From contig JBITNC010000001.1 in the NCBI GenBank assembly GCA_050084985.1, positions 131,502,001 to 131,566,000 of the forward strand: DNA of 64,000 nt, in the 5' to 3' direction. The notes below the pieces were generated by a model. The model worked only from the letters and a program-made list of their open reading frames with translations. It had not been told where the DNA came from and searched no databases. Positions within the stretch are counted from its first letter, which is position 1. Each line of letters starts with the position of its first letter. The position numbers and the translations under genes are program-made. This DNA is from Nageia nagi. Its lineage: Eukaryota > Plantae > Pinophyta. Below are positions 1 to 11,930 of this stretch, piece by piece.

Positions 1-99
1 AAAAGGACCTCATCAACTTGATTTTTATAGAATATGAGTTACAATCATAGTAGTTTATATGTCATGGTTAATAGAAATATGAGTCGCATCAACCATGGT

Positions 100-960
100 G
101 ACATAATGGATATCATATTTATTTAATTCTTGCTCTTTAAATTGATTATTCTTTAATAGGATATGATCTATGTGGGTATTATGTTGGTTTGTTCTTAAAA
201 AGGTATTATCTGGTAGAGTAGGATTCACATAGAGATGCTCTCATCATATAGGGACTCCAATTTTTGGCTTGATTACCCAAAGTAGCATGAGCAAGGGGAA
301 ATACAATACCAAAAGTGGGCAAATGATATATCATGCTCAACATATTGATCAAAAAAGGGATGTTCACTTTACTATTAAAAAATTTCTTCTCTTCTCTAGA
401 CTTCTTTAGATTATGCAATTTCAATGCTTTTCATTTTATATCCAAAGAGGGGAAAAATTTAGATGCCTAAAAATGATTTATTATTTATTTAATAAATTAT
501 ATTTAGACTTTTTAAAATGAATTAATACAATATTACATATATTAAGATAAATTTGATATTACAATGAAATCCCATGTGTTATATTAAATGTTATATTAAG
601 AAAGAGGTTTGAAAGTTTCTAAAATGTATACAAACTATGTTATGGTAGTGCATTGTACCAATCCATAGCTTGTCCCTTAAGATTCATGGGAAAAGTTCTC
701 AATAAGAGAGCATTTTAATTTACAATCAAATAACAAGCATGTTTGAAGTGCCTCAAACGCTCCTTTGGATCCTCTTTACTCTTGAACTTATCTATTTTAG
801 GCATTTCAAAATTCTTAGGGTAATAACTCATGGGAATACAAGGATTTATAGGCTGATTGCATATCTCCCCAAAGTTGAATTTAGATAATCTTAGATTATT
901 TATCTTAGCCTCTAATTCTTGCAATCTTATCATAAGTTAGCTTTCATTGTGCACATTGGG
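100..960 (-). mobile_element. Decayed Ty3/gypsy (Tat/Ogre-like) gag remnant
   Basis: ORF 715-933 reads YPKNFEMPKIDKFKSKEDPKERLRHF. It continues past a stop as ALLLRTFPMNLKGQAMDWYNALP, the retrotransposon gag core. Many stops; element ends not resolved. Confidence 0.7.
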
Positions 961-3900
961 TACTCCATAAGGTGGATGTGGTCCACCATGGGGTGGATTT
1001 AATTCACCATAATACTAATTTGGTTTATTTAACAAACTCACTTGCCTCTCAAAATCATATGCATTGGGGTTATAGAATGTGCCTTGTTGATCCCAAGATG
1101 GTCCTTGTGTGTTGTGTCTAAGATTTTGATTATAAACCTATTGTTGACCTTGGTGCTAAAATTGAGTATTGATACCATGACTTTGTTGCATATTTTGAAC
1201 ACTATTTTATTTCATAACATAATTTTTCCATTTTTTTGTACCTTGTAGGATATTCTAACTTTGACTTGCATGTAATTCAACCATTTGGTTTTGATACATA
1301 AGGTTTTGCATGTGCCAATCAATTGTTGCATCTCTTCCATGGATGAAGTTGAGGAACCTTGTTGGGTATTTTATTGTTTGGTATTTTTTATGGATTATGA
1401 GTGGATTTTTGATCTCTATAAAGGTGTTATATGTTGTGGTTTGAATTATTTTGAAATTTAGGCTTTTGAAAATAAGCCATGCCTTGGTTTGGCCCACTTT
1501 GGTTATTTTGCTAGTATTACACAAAAGGTTGGTCAAGGCCATCCCAATCATCAATATTGGATTGTTTAAATTGATCAACATTGGGATTTTGGCCTTATGG
1601 ATTTATTTTCCAAGACACTTGCTTTTGTGGATTTTGAAAATTATTGGTATTAGTGTTTTGGATATTTGGTGAATTTTATAAGGCAATGTATTAGGAAGAA
1701 TTAGCTTGATTAGAATTCATTGCCCTTTGAAGTGGAGGAGGTGTGTTGTGTTGAACAACATTTTGATAGTTGGGTATTATGTTTTGAAAGTATTGTTGTT
1801 TAACTTTGGGTGGATGTTTAGGAATTATGGACTTTTCTTGTGATGACCTTTGATTCAAGATTTCTTGTGCTTGTTGGATTTTCTTTTGAAAATTGAGAAA
1901 ATATATATTTGGTTATAAATTCTCAACAACTAAAGGTTCTTTGGATGGTTTAGGGGTTTTAAATGTGGTATCTTAGTTAGTGGATAGTTTGCATTCTTAA
2001 GGTGGAAACCAACCTTGACCAACATATTATGTAATTGGTATTTGAGGTGGATTAAGGTCATTGTGAGATGGCTAGTTGAGGAATATTATTTTGAATGTCC
2101 ATCATATCTTAGTACCAATTGCATTCATTTGGATTTTTTTTATTAAGTTTTGGAGGAGATAAATACATACTAATAGTAGCTTGAGGTATACTCCCTTTCA
2201 TTATGGTACTATTATAATTATTCCATCAAATTGGAATATCTCTTAGTATTTTCAAAATATATGGAGAAGCTTGTGGTGTAGTACCACCTGAGTTGTGAAC
2301 TTCCTCTACCACTCTTTCCATATTATTGGGTGTAAGGTGTTGAAAGGTTTGAAGAGCCTTGTGAAACTTAATGGATCAATTATCCACACTATTTGTTGGC
2401 TCATCTATTACCTCACTCTCATCCTTCTTTTTTCTTTGAGCTCTTGTGTCCACTATTTCCATAAGGGAATACTCATACCATATCGGATCCTCAAATAGAT
2501 CAGGCTCCATTTTCACACAACTACAATGTGGAACTTTTATAAACTATGAGTACAATAGAAGTGAAAGTACAAACAATAATGAAATAAACAACAAACAAAA
2601 ATATTACAAATTTTTTCAAAAAAATTTATTATTTAGTTTGGTGTAATATTAAAACAAACACTTAGGATGGTGATGCAAAAACTATATGAATATAGCAATG
2701 ATTATAGATAGTAAGTTTTGCTTAGTTGCTCTAATTTTTTCTTTGTTCAATTGGACACTTATCTTTTTAGTTTTGATATCTTTTAATGCACTTGTTCTTT
2801 TGGACACAATATTTTTTATATTTCCTTGGACATAATGATTCTATTCAAGTATTTATCAAGGAAAAGGATCAATCTTCTAAGGGTGTAGATCATTATACAA
2901 GGGTTCTCTTGTACCCTTCATAGGAAGCTATACCAAATGGAGGGGATCCCACTTTGATTTTCATCTCCAAGTATGGGTTAGGTGATGGTAATAAAGTCCA
3001 CATGCCCTAGTAACTCCCTAGTATTATGATAGAATTTAGTACAAAACTAAAATATGATATTCAATTAATATAAAGTGCACACTACTCCTTCAACAATGTT
3101 TGCAATCCCTTCCCAAGTATGCTCTTTTCAACAACCTTTTTCTTTTCAAATGAAATGAAGTGAAGCAACAATTTTTTATGCACTCAACAAAGAGCAAGAA
3201 ATTTCCCAACAAGTAAATAAAATCCTAATTCAAGATACAATTTTTAAATTAAAAATAAATTTCTTGTATATGCAATACCCCCCAAGGATGAATGTAATTT
3301 AGCTACTACACAACAAAAAAGAAGGCAAGCCTAGGATGCGCCAAGTAATGAAACAATATGAACCAAGTATGAAAAGGAATTCAAATTATTACCTAGACAT
3401 AAATGTTCCCTCCTACTCTAAGTGTAGAGCTAAGTAGGTTGCAAGTCCCTCCCAAATGAGAGATCTTTAAAAAAACTAAGCCAATCACCAAGGAAAAAAT
3501 GCAAAAATGAAAGCAACAATGGATGTGTACTCTATCACAAGTGTAAACACATCCCTTACACCATTAAATAACTACATTTGGCTATAATAAGCCAAAACAC
3601 TTCACCCTATTACAATTTTTCACTAAAAATTGAAAGTTAAGACACATTAGTCCTTGGTGTAGTCTAAACCACATCTTGACTAAGATTTGATTGAGAAAAA
3701 GTGGTCTCTATTTATAGGCATGAGCTAAATTGCATATCATATGTAACTTTTTTAAGAAAGAATACCTATATTTGGGACTAACATAGGAGTTTAAAATGGC
3801 ATGTTTACAGGGCACGATATGCCTAAGGTCTAGGCATGGTGCATCTGGGGGTTTGGGACTTGGGTATGATGCACTTAGGTTAGGGTGTAGTAACCCTATC

Positions 3901-5649
3901 TACTTGACTCTAGGGCATGGTGCACCTAGCTATGGCATGTTACACATAGCCTAAAGTCTATTTTTGGATCTAAAATTGCTCTAAAATCTCTTTCTAGCTT
4001 TATGCTTATGTTTCTAGGTGCAACACGACTACTACTAGGCATGAATCGGATCGTGTCTGGTCAAAAAATAATATATAAAAGCTCCAAATATTAGATTTAA
4101 TCTTCCCCTCTCCTTATACTATCATATCAAAATCTAGCTCAAAATTGATCATAAATTCCATAGGCTTTACATGTTTTTTTCCACTTAGGTGGGTGAAAAA
4201 CAAGAAACTCAAAATACAAGCAAAATTTGAAATTTCAAGGAAAGGGTGAGATAAACACCAAATTCAATGGTCATTTTTTGTTCATGTTGGGTTCATCATT
4301 TAATTTAGATTGAAATTTATGCTATATGTGATCTAACATGCATAAACAAGTCAAATGTATACACAAACCTCAAATTATACAACTCTTCTTTTCTCAATGA
4401 GCATTAGGTAGAAAACTTGATAAAAGTAAGTTCAAATCTTTGAATAATAAGCTAAAAAAATTTAAGAACATAAATATATCCTAAATTCATATAAATTGGA
4501 ATGGATACATCCAACCAAATCCCTTTTAGGTACTTAGGTGAGCATGGAGTGAGTCTCCTCACTCCAAATGGCATGTGAGCCCCCTAGCCCTCAAATCATT
4601 GAGAACAAGCGAATTATATATGCCTGTTTATGTAAATGCTTGTGTCTAAATTCTATTTGAATCATTTTAATGGTGTATTTAAACTATGGATATGATATTT
4701 ATATGTTTAGGTGGATAATTTAATTGAGATCTAACATATAAAACCCTTGAAAACCTTAAATGCTTAAAAATGAAGAGATCTTTAAAGATCCTTGGATCAA
4801 TTAGATACAAGGATACCCATGAGATCTAATGGATGATAACAACATATATTTAATTTATTATGATTTAAAATAATTATTTTAATGATGAAAATATAATATA
4901 ATATGATTTTAACCTAAACAACATACTACATGCACACAATTTGGTGGAGGATACAAAAGATAGGTCTTCCCAAGCTCTTCCATGGTTGTATTGCCTTCAA
5001 GTCCCTACAAAAACTTTTAATGCACAAAATAAATACAATAATAATTCAATTCAACTATATAAATGTTACCTCATGAGTTTGGAAGCAAGCTTTGAGAGAT
5101 TTGATGTAGATTTATAGAGTAAATCCTTGATCTTTCAAACCCTTATCTCAAAACCCTAGTAATGTATCTTGGAGAAATAATGTGAGAGAAAAAATAATAA
5201 TTTTACATAAATAATAATGATCCAAGATTTTGAATTCTAATTTTTCTTTGAGTTATATACCTCTTGTGACAACTTAAGCTATTTGGGCTAGATACCCACT
5301 TTTTCTCATATTTGTATTTTAAATCACTTTTTTGCTTTATTTTGGACTTTTGAGTAGTTTGAATTTGCACAATACAACATTAAGAATAAATTAAAGAATT
5401 AGTTAAAACATATCAATGTAATAAAAATATATCTACTCAAAAAATAATATTTTCAATGTCTACACTATCTCATTCTTTATCTAGTGGGCGAACTTTGGGG
5501 AGAAAGATTTCAAATAGTACAAATAAGCCTAGGAATCTTGTAGTATCAAGGAGATAGGAACAATAGGCCAATAATTTTTTAATATAACATTAAAATTAGT
5601 GACATATTCTTGATTATTTCTCTTGCTATAAGTAAATTGAGTGAGAAAC

Positions 5650-6347
5650 TTCATCAAATTCATCAATGAATGCTCCAACTAGATCAACCCAGTTTGTTAC
5701 AAAACCATCTAGAAGGGATTTGTACCAATCAGCTACCTTGACCCTAAAAGATATAGTAAGTAACTAGACCAAAATATCTTTAGTTGTAACATCATGGTTC
5801 CTTTCTTGATTAAGAACATCCTTCTAGTTCTCAAAAGTAGATATAGTATTATTCATTCCATCAAAACTAGGATATGTCTTGACCACCACTTAAAGTATTG
5901 CAACATTCATGTTTAGATTGAGAGGACATACACCATTAAAGGGTGGAAGCTTGGTATGAGCTTCTTGAGAAGCCATGGTACTTATATAAGGATTATTAAC
6001 TGAAGGAGAAGTAGCAGAGTTATAGGTACTACTTGCAAAAAATTGTTAGCTTCAAAGATAGTAGGTAATGGCTACTTCCTTGGTATCCTTCTAGAATCTA
6101 ACTCTAGAAATATGGGATGTTCTCCTAACTCTCTTGATCTTCTCCTTATTATCATAAAATAGGTGAGGAGGTAAAAAGAAAATAGTCAAGCTAGTATAAG
6201 AACAAAATACTCACACTTAGTGTAAAATTATTCTAATAATCACAAAAGGGTAATTTTATCAGATCTTTGACAACAAAGTCACCAATAAGGTATGGTTAAA
6301 ACCTTATGAATTACAAATAGTGGGTTAGAGTCCTACCAAGCATGCCA
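5650..6347 (-). mobile_element. Decayed non-chromoviral gypsy gag plus leader
   Basis: Minus-strand translation gives ...PSFDG...LLTISFRVKVADWYKSLLDGFVTNWVDLVGAFIDEF (gag core), downstream of a PBS at 6330-6347. Confidence 0.6.
6330..6347 (-). other. Decayed tRNA-Arg-type primer-binding site; 5' LTR edge (TG) at 6351
   Basis: gtcctaccaagcatgcca-aaa-tg compared with GTCCCACCGGGCGTGCCA (plant tRNA-Arg 3' end, recalled from memory). The 4 mismatches are all C>T or G>A. Confidence 0.55.
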
Positions 6348-8421
6348 AAATGAACTTTTACTATTGATTAACCTAAGGTAATATAAATTATGCTCGTTTA
6401 ACTAAAGTAAATCCTAGATACAAGATACAAACTTATTGTAAATTGATCTTAGGTATGAATATCAGATAATTATCTATTGGGGTTTTGAGTTGAAGGGATA
6501 GTAAAGGTAAGAGTTAGAAATGTATAAGGCCAAATAAGGTGAACTACCACCAACACAAGCATCATAAATCTTTTGATCCTTGGGTATAAACAATGCTCAA
6601 ATTTCATAGCCACAGGTAGTCATAGTTGGATGCATTAGTAAAATGACTACAATACCTAATAGCCACAATTTGATCTATGCTTGAATTCCTTCCTAGGAGG
6701 CATGCAACTATTAACAACAATCCTAGAGTAACAAATATTTCAAACACAACCTAAGGGGGCAAATAGTGCAATCTCATCATCCCAAAATATACATAATAGT
6801 TTTCATAGGGTAATATTTAATAAGTATTTAACCTTTTATTTAGTAGAGGCCTCTAGTATTTATAGAAATTTACAAGAGTTGAGATTGCATCCCTACCTAC
6901 TAAACTATGAGTTGCAATTCTCATTGATTACAAAATAAGATCTTTTAAATCTTAGATAGGGATTTACATCATCTAGAATTAAATCTTAAAAAAATATGAT
7001 TGATTCAAGGTACAATATGTAAGAGTGCCATGATATTATTGATTCTAATGTAGAGGTCTCATCTGGAAGCTTTTAATTCTAATTTACTCTATCTTCAAGC
7101 TACAAGTTTATATTATATTAGATAAAGGTTTTCTTATGATCAAATAATGTATCTACAGTTGGAAGACTCATGGATGTGATTTCTCTTGTATTTATTGCAG
7201 TATGGTTTGAAGGTGTTTGACCCTTTTTCTCGATTATACTCTCCTCAAAAATGTAGTTACATAAGTTATTGCCTTAATCTTGATCTAGCAATCTAATTTT
7301 GCACATCAAGTCTCAATTAGTTGGTAATCAATAACCCTATCTTCTTGCATTTTAATTTAAATTGTACCAAATAAGGATGTTTCATGGTTATGGAACCTCT
7401 AAAAACTTGATCTTTCATTTTTAAATGAATATGCATTCTTCTTGATGGAATCTACATCGAATCTAAGCTGGAAAGGTGGTCATTTCATAGTGATTTTTGA
7501 TGAATTCACATTGCAGAGTGATAAGATGATGTAATCATCTTATGAAGTGTGGAGAGAGCATTTTGGGATACATGATAACCTTCTAAAGTTCTTTTTTATA
7601 GTGAATTTGAGCTAATCTAGGGTGCAAAGTCTTAGTTTGTTTAGTAGCAATTCTAGAGTATGGAGAGACACATGGCAAGATTGGAGAGGTGGTAGATGTT
7701 AACCTTTCAAAGAAGTTCATACTACAAAGTGTTCTCTTGGTTGAATTTGGAGTGCAGATCTGACAACCTGATGTAAGCCTTTTCTACAATATGGATTCCT
7801 TTGTATTATTTTTACTTCCATGATGCAAAGAAACATTATGATGTCAACCATATTTAGAGTATGAATTTCCTTTATTTGTATTATGTTTCTAGGGTGTGAA
7901 TGATCTTGTTGATGTAAGCGACCTTTGGGTTCAAGATTCACTCAATTTTGAGCGTAAAAGGGCATTTTGAACTATCTTTAGCAGTATGGAGGATGTTGAT
8001 ATCATCAAAACCATCTAAAATATGAATTTACTTTATATGCATGTAAACTTAGAGTATTTTCTTCTTTCCAGGGTTTAGAGAAGCATGGATGATATCATCC
8101 ATATTTGGGATGTAGATAAGCCTCAAAAGCCTACAAATAAATAAAAACTAAGGATCGTATAACAAATATATGTACTAATATAGAATATATGATGTCTATT
8201 AATTAAAATCTAAGCATACTTATACATTATGAGTTGACCATCAATTTGAATAAGATTTGATGCTTGAACAAGTAAATGTAAACAAAACACAATCATAGTA
8301 ATACACAAAATTTGAGCCTAATAAAAACATAGTCTTATCATTATATTTATAAGCACCATGTACAAAATTATATATATAGTTACAAATATTATCTCTACAT
8401 ATCTCTATTGTGAATCACTAG

Positions 8422-9068
8422 AATGATTTAATTATGGATCACAAAGTATTCGTTTGTGTAGTTGGGACTATAGCAAGATTGCATCCATGTAAGCTACAAA
8501 GGGATGTCTATAGAAAAGAGGATAGGTGGTTCCATGGGTCACTCACAAGCTATCACTAGATAAGCACTCACCTCACTCAATACCATAAGTAAAGGAGGAT
8601 TTGTCTCAACAATAATGATAATGCTACTAACAACAATAAAAACAACTATGGTTGAAGTAAATACAACCATTTATATAGTAGAAAACTCCATAAGATAAGG
8701 AGATACAAGAAGAATATGCTTCCATGGAGTTGTTGGTGGAGTAATGGTGAGGTAATAGAGTGTGTTGACTATAACTAATAAAGGAATGGATGGCCATGCC
8801 TATCCATATGAGGAATCCTGATCCAAATTTGATCATATCTCATGTCTATATACCTACAATGAATAAGTATCTTGAGACATAAATATCTTCATCGATACAT
8901 TATAATTTAAAATGAAATGATGTGTATATGGGAAAAAATTTAAAACCCATGCATTATTTAAATTTTTCCCTCATTTTTATAATAATTTAAAGGTGATTCT
9001 ATAATCTTGACTTCTTTGAAATTTATAAAATATTGTAACATCAATATCAATGAAATAAATTTTCTTCA
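8422..9068. repeat. Diverged direct repeat, copy 1 (copy 2 at 10199-10787)
   Basis: Shared collinear blocks: ttgcatccatg, taagcactcacctcactcaat, catgcctatcca, ccaaatttgatca, aaattaaaacccatg. Confidence 0.85.
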
Positions 9069-9120
9069 TTATCTCCCTTAATGTAAAATATTTTATACTC
9101 TATAAGAAATTGATGAAAAT

Positions 9121-9689
9121 TTGATTTGTTGATCTCATGTGGATGTCATCATGTCACTGATATAGGATCATTAAATCCATTTGGATTGAATTAGGTTTCA
9201 TAAAATATTGAAATTTTGAAATTGTCATGCTCTATGGATGGCAAATAATGGCACCAAGCTCTATAACCAATTGAAGAATTTTAAAGTTTCTAAGTTGTAA
9301 AGTTAACAAAATATAGGATCAAGGTTATGATACTAATTAAATATTTTGAAGCATATATACTAAAAGTTCTATTACCATGTTAGAATTTGTAGTTTTTCAA
9401 ACCTTCAACTATTGAAAAACCTACAAATTCTAACATGGTATCATATATTTGAGCCTATGGCCTTCAAAATCTTCAATTGGTATAAAGGCTTAAGCCTCTA
9501 GTTTGCTAACTTTAAGCTCAGAACTTTAAATTATTCAAATGATATCAAAACTTGATGTCATTTTTCACCATCCTTGGATCATGAAGACTTCAAAATTTTA
9601 TCATGGTATTGGAACCAATTCAATCCAAATGGATTCAATGATCTTGTATTGGCAACATGATGACATCTAGGGGGAGATCAATAGATCAA
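9121..9689. repeat. Long imperfect inverted repeat (arms ~280 bp, 11-nt loop) with arrayed PBS(Met)-like motifs; candidate small-RNA hairpin
   Basis: Core: taccatgttagaatttgtagtttttcaa-[accttcaacta]-ttgaaaaacctacaaattctaacatggta. Outer pairs: aatccatttggattgaatt/aattcaatccaaatggatt and gatgtcatcatgt/acatgatgacatc. Confidence 0.9.
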
Positions 9690-10198
9690 GTTGCTATGTT
9701 GTATATGGTTGGAAAGGTGAAAATAAGGGCTTTTCAAAGATTCAATTTCCATTAAAAAAAGAGGTATAAGGAGAAATAAATAGCCCCTAAAATCTTACTA
9801 ATTTTTCTATGAGAAAACATAATGAACATTTGTTTTAGAAAGGTAAACACATAATATGAATAGAAATGAAAATTTAGTCAATGAATGCCAAAGGAATGAA
9901 ATACAATGCTCTTATATTTTTCAAATAAAGTTGTAGCCTTACTCAATGATAAATATTACATGCTCTAGATCTTTACATAAAAAATACATTAGTTTAGTGT
10001 ATCTATGGAACCCAAAATCACCATGAACTATAATAATGTGTTATGGTATTCTCAATAGGCTCTAGGAGTAAATAAACCACTACAAATATAAGGTTTAGTT
10101 GATTAAAATAATGAATTTTCAATGAGAACCCATACAAATCCACTAAAAGGCTTGGAAAATTACAAAGACTATCTTTACATCTCTTTGTGGCAAATCAA

Positions 10199-10787
10199 AA
10201 TGATTCAACTATGAATCATAGAGTGTCCATTTGTGTAGTTAAGACTATGGTTATATTGCATCCATGCAAGATACAAAGGCTTATTTATAGAAAAGATGAT
10301 ATGTGGTACCATAGGGCACTCACAGGTTTCTATTGGGTAAGCACTCACCTCACTCAATGCCATAGGTAAAGGAGGCTCTAGCTCAATACTAATGATAATA
10401 CTATTGGTAAAACTAACAACAACTATGGTTAAAGCAAATAATACCATATATACACCAAAAAACTCCATGAGAAAAGAATATAGGTGAACAATATGCTTCC
10501 ATGTATTTGTTGGAGGACTAATGGTGAGGTGATGGAGTGTGTTGACTACAATGTGATAAAGGAATGGAGGATCATGCCTATCCACATGAGGAATCTTGAA
10601 CCAAATTTGATCAAATTTTATATCTATAAAACTATAGTGGAGGAGTACATGGATACATACATATCTTCATCAATACATTGCAATTTAAATTAGAGGGATG
10701 TGCATATGGAAAAAAAATTAAAACCCATGTAAATTCCAACTTAATAAATCATTGCAACACTAATATCAAGGAAATAAATTTCCTTCA
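10199..10787. repeat. Diverged direct repeat, copy 2, contiguous with the gypsy gag/pre-protease relic
   Basis: Collinear with 8422-9068 and directly follows ORF 10785-11063 on the minus strand. Confidence 0.85.
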
Positions 10788-11930
10788 ATAAATACTAATC
10801 TTAGCAAGAGTATTTTTCAATTTTTTAACACAATCATATTCATTTTTTTGTTTAGAATAAGAAGGTATATCATTACCATGTGTATAAGTGGGATTAGGAA
10901 TAACTCTCTTTTTACCTTGTATTGCCAAATTACATTCTTCTTCTTTTGATTCTTTGTTATTATCTTCATCATCATCATCGATGATCATGTTCATCATATT
11001 GAGTGTTTGATGAACATCTTTATTTACACTCAACTTCTTGATCTCACCATTCTCATATTCCACTTGACTATTATAAAGAATTCCTTAAGCCTTTTATTTA
11101 GATCATAATAGTTGATAGTATAATGCCCTTTTAACTTGATGATAACCAAAAAATTCATTTTATTTATACCATATTCACTTCTTATCACTATCCTTACTAT
11201 GTTTTCCTTGGATCCTCTTTATAAGACCCATTTCAAGATAATTTTCAAACATCTTTTTTGGATAGACCAATAATTAAATAAATTCACTTTCTTTTCTTGG
11301 TTTCGTTAACTATTCTTTTGCACTTACACCAACATTAACATTTACCTTATTGTCCTCTTTCTTTGGATATGATTTTTTAGGATTATCTTTGGTAGCATTT
11401 GCATATTTAAGTTGAATCACAACTAATATTACTTTTTCTTTTTAAATAATATTATACATCATCTCCATAAAAGGCTCATAAATATGATAAAGTACAATAT
11501 GCTTTAAAATAAGTATAATATTCTCAATGTTCAAAAAATTTAGAAATCATTTTCATGGGAATTATACCATCTAAATTTCTCCATACCTTTTGATATCTTG
11601 CAACAAATATTTTAGATGCTCACTCATTCCTTACTTACATCCCATCAAATATGTCAATCCAAGATGTCTTTAACATTGCACTTGTAATGATTCTTAAATA
11701 ATTTTTTCAAGTATTGATATGATGTAATAGAATCTAGATCCAAAGTATGAAACTATTTATTAGCTTCGTTGATCAAACTCTATGGGAAATAGTTAGCTTT
11801 AGTATGATCATTGATGCTACATTTCAACTCCATGGTGTACTTGCAATCCTGAATATGAGTGATAAGGTCTCCTCCACCATTGAATTTTTCTAAATCAGGT
11901 TCCTTATCTATTCTAATGAGGATAATATTA
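10785..11930 (-). mobile_element. Decayed Tat/Ogre-like gypsy gag and pre-protease region
   Basis: KEPDLEKFNGGGDLITHI...YFP*SL (gag) near 11780-11910, and YDCVKKLKNTLAKISI (motif preceding the protease in Tat/Ogre-type elements) in ORF 10785-11063. Confidence 0.65.

Noticed and set aside
10484-10693. + strand ORF with CVDY resembling gypsy RT
   Set aside because: No other RT motifs, and the neighbouring element is on the minus strand.
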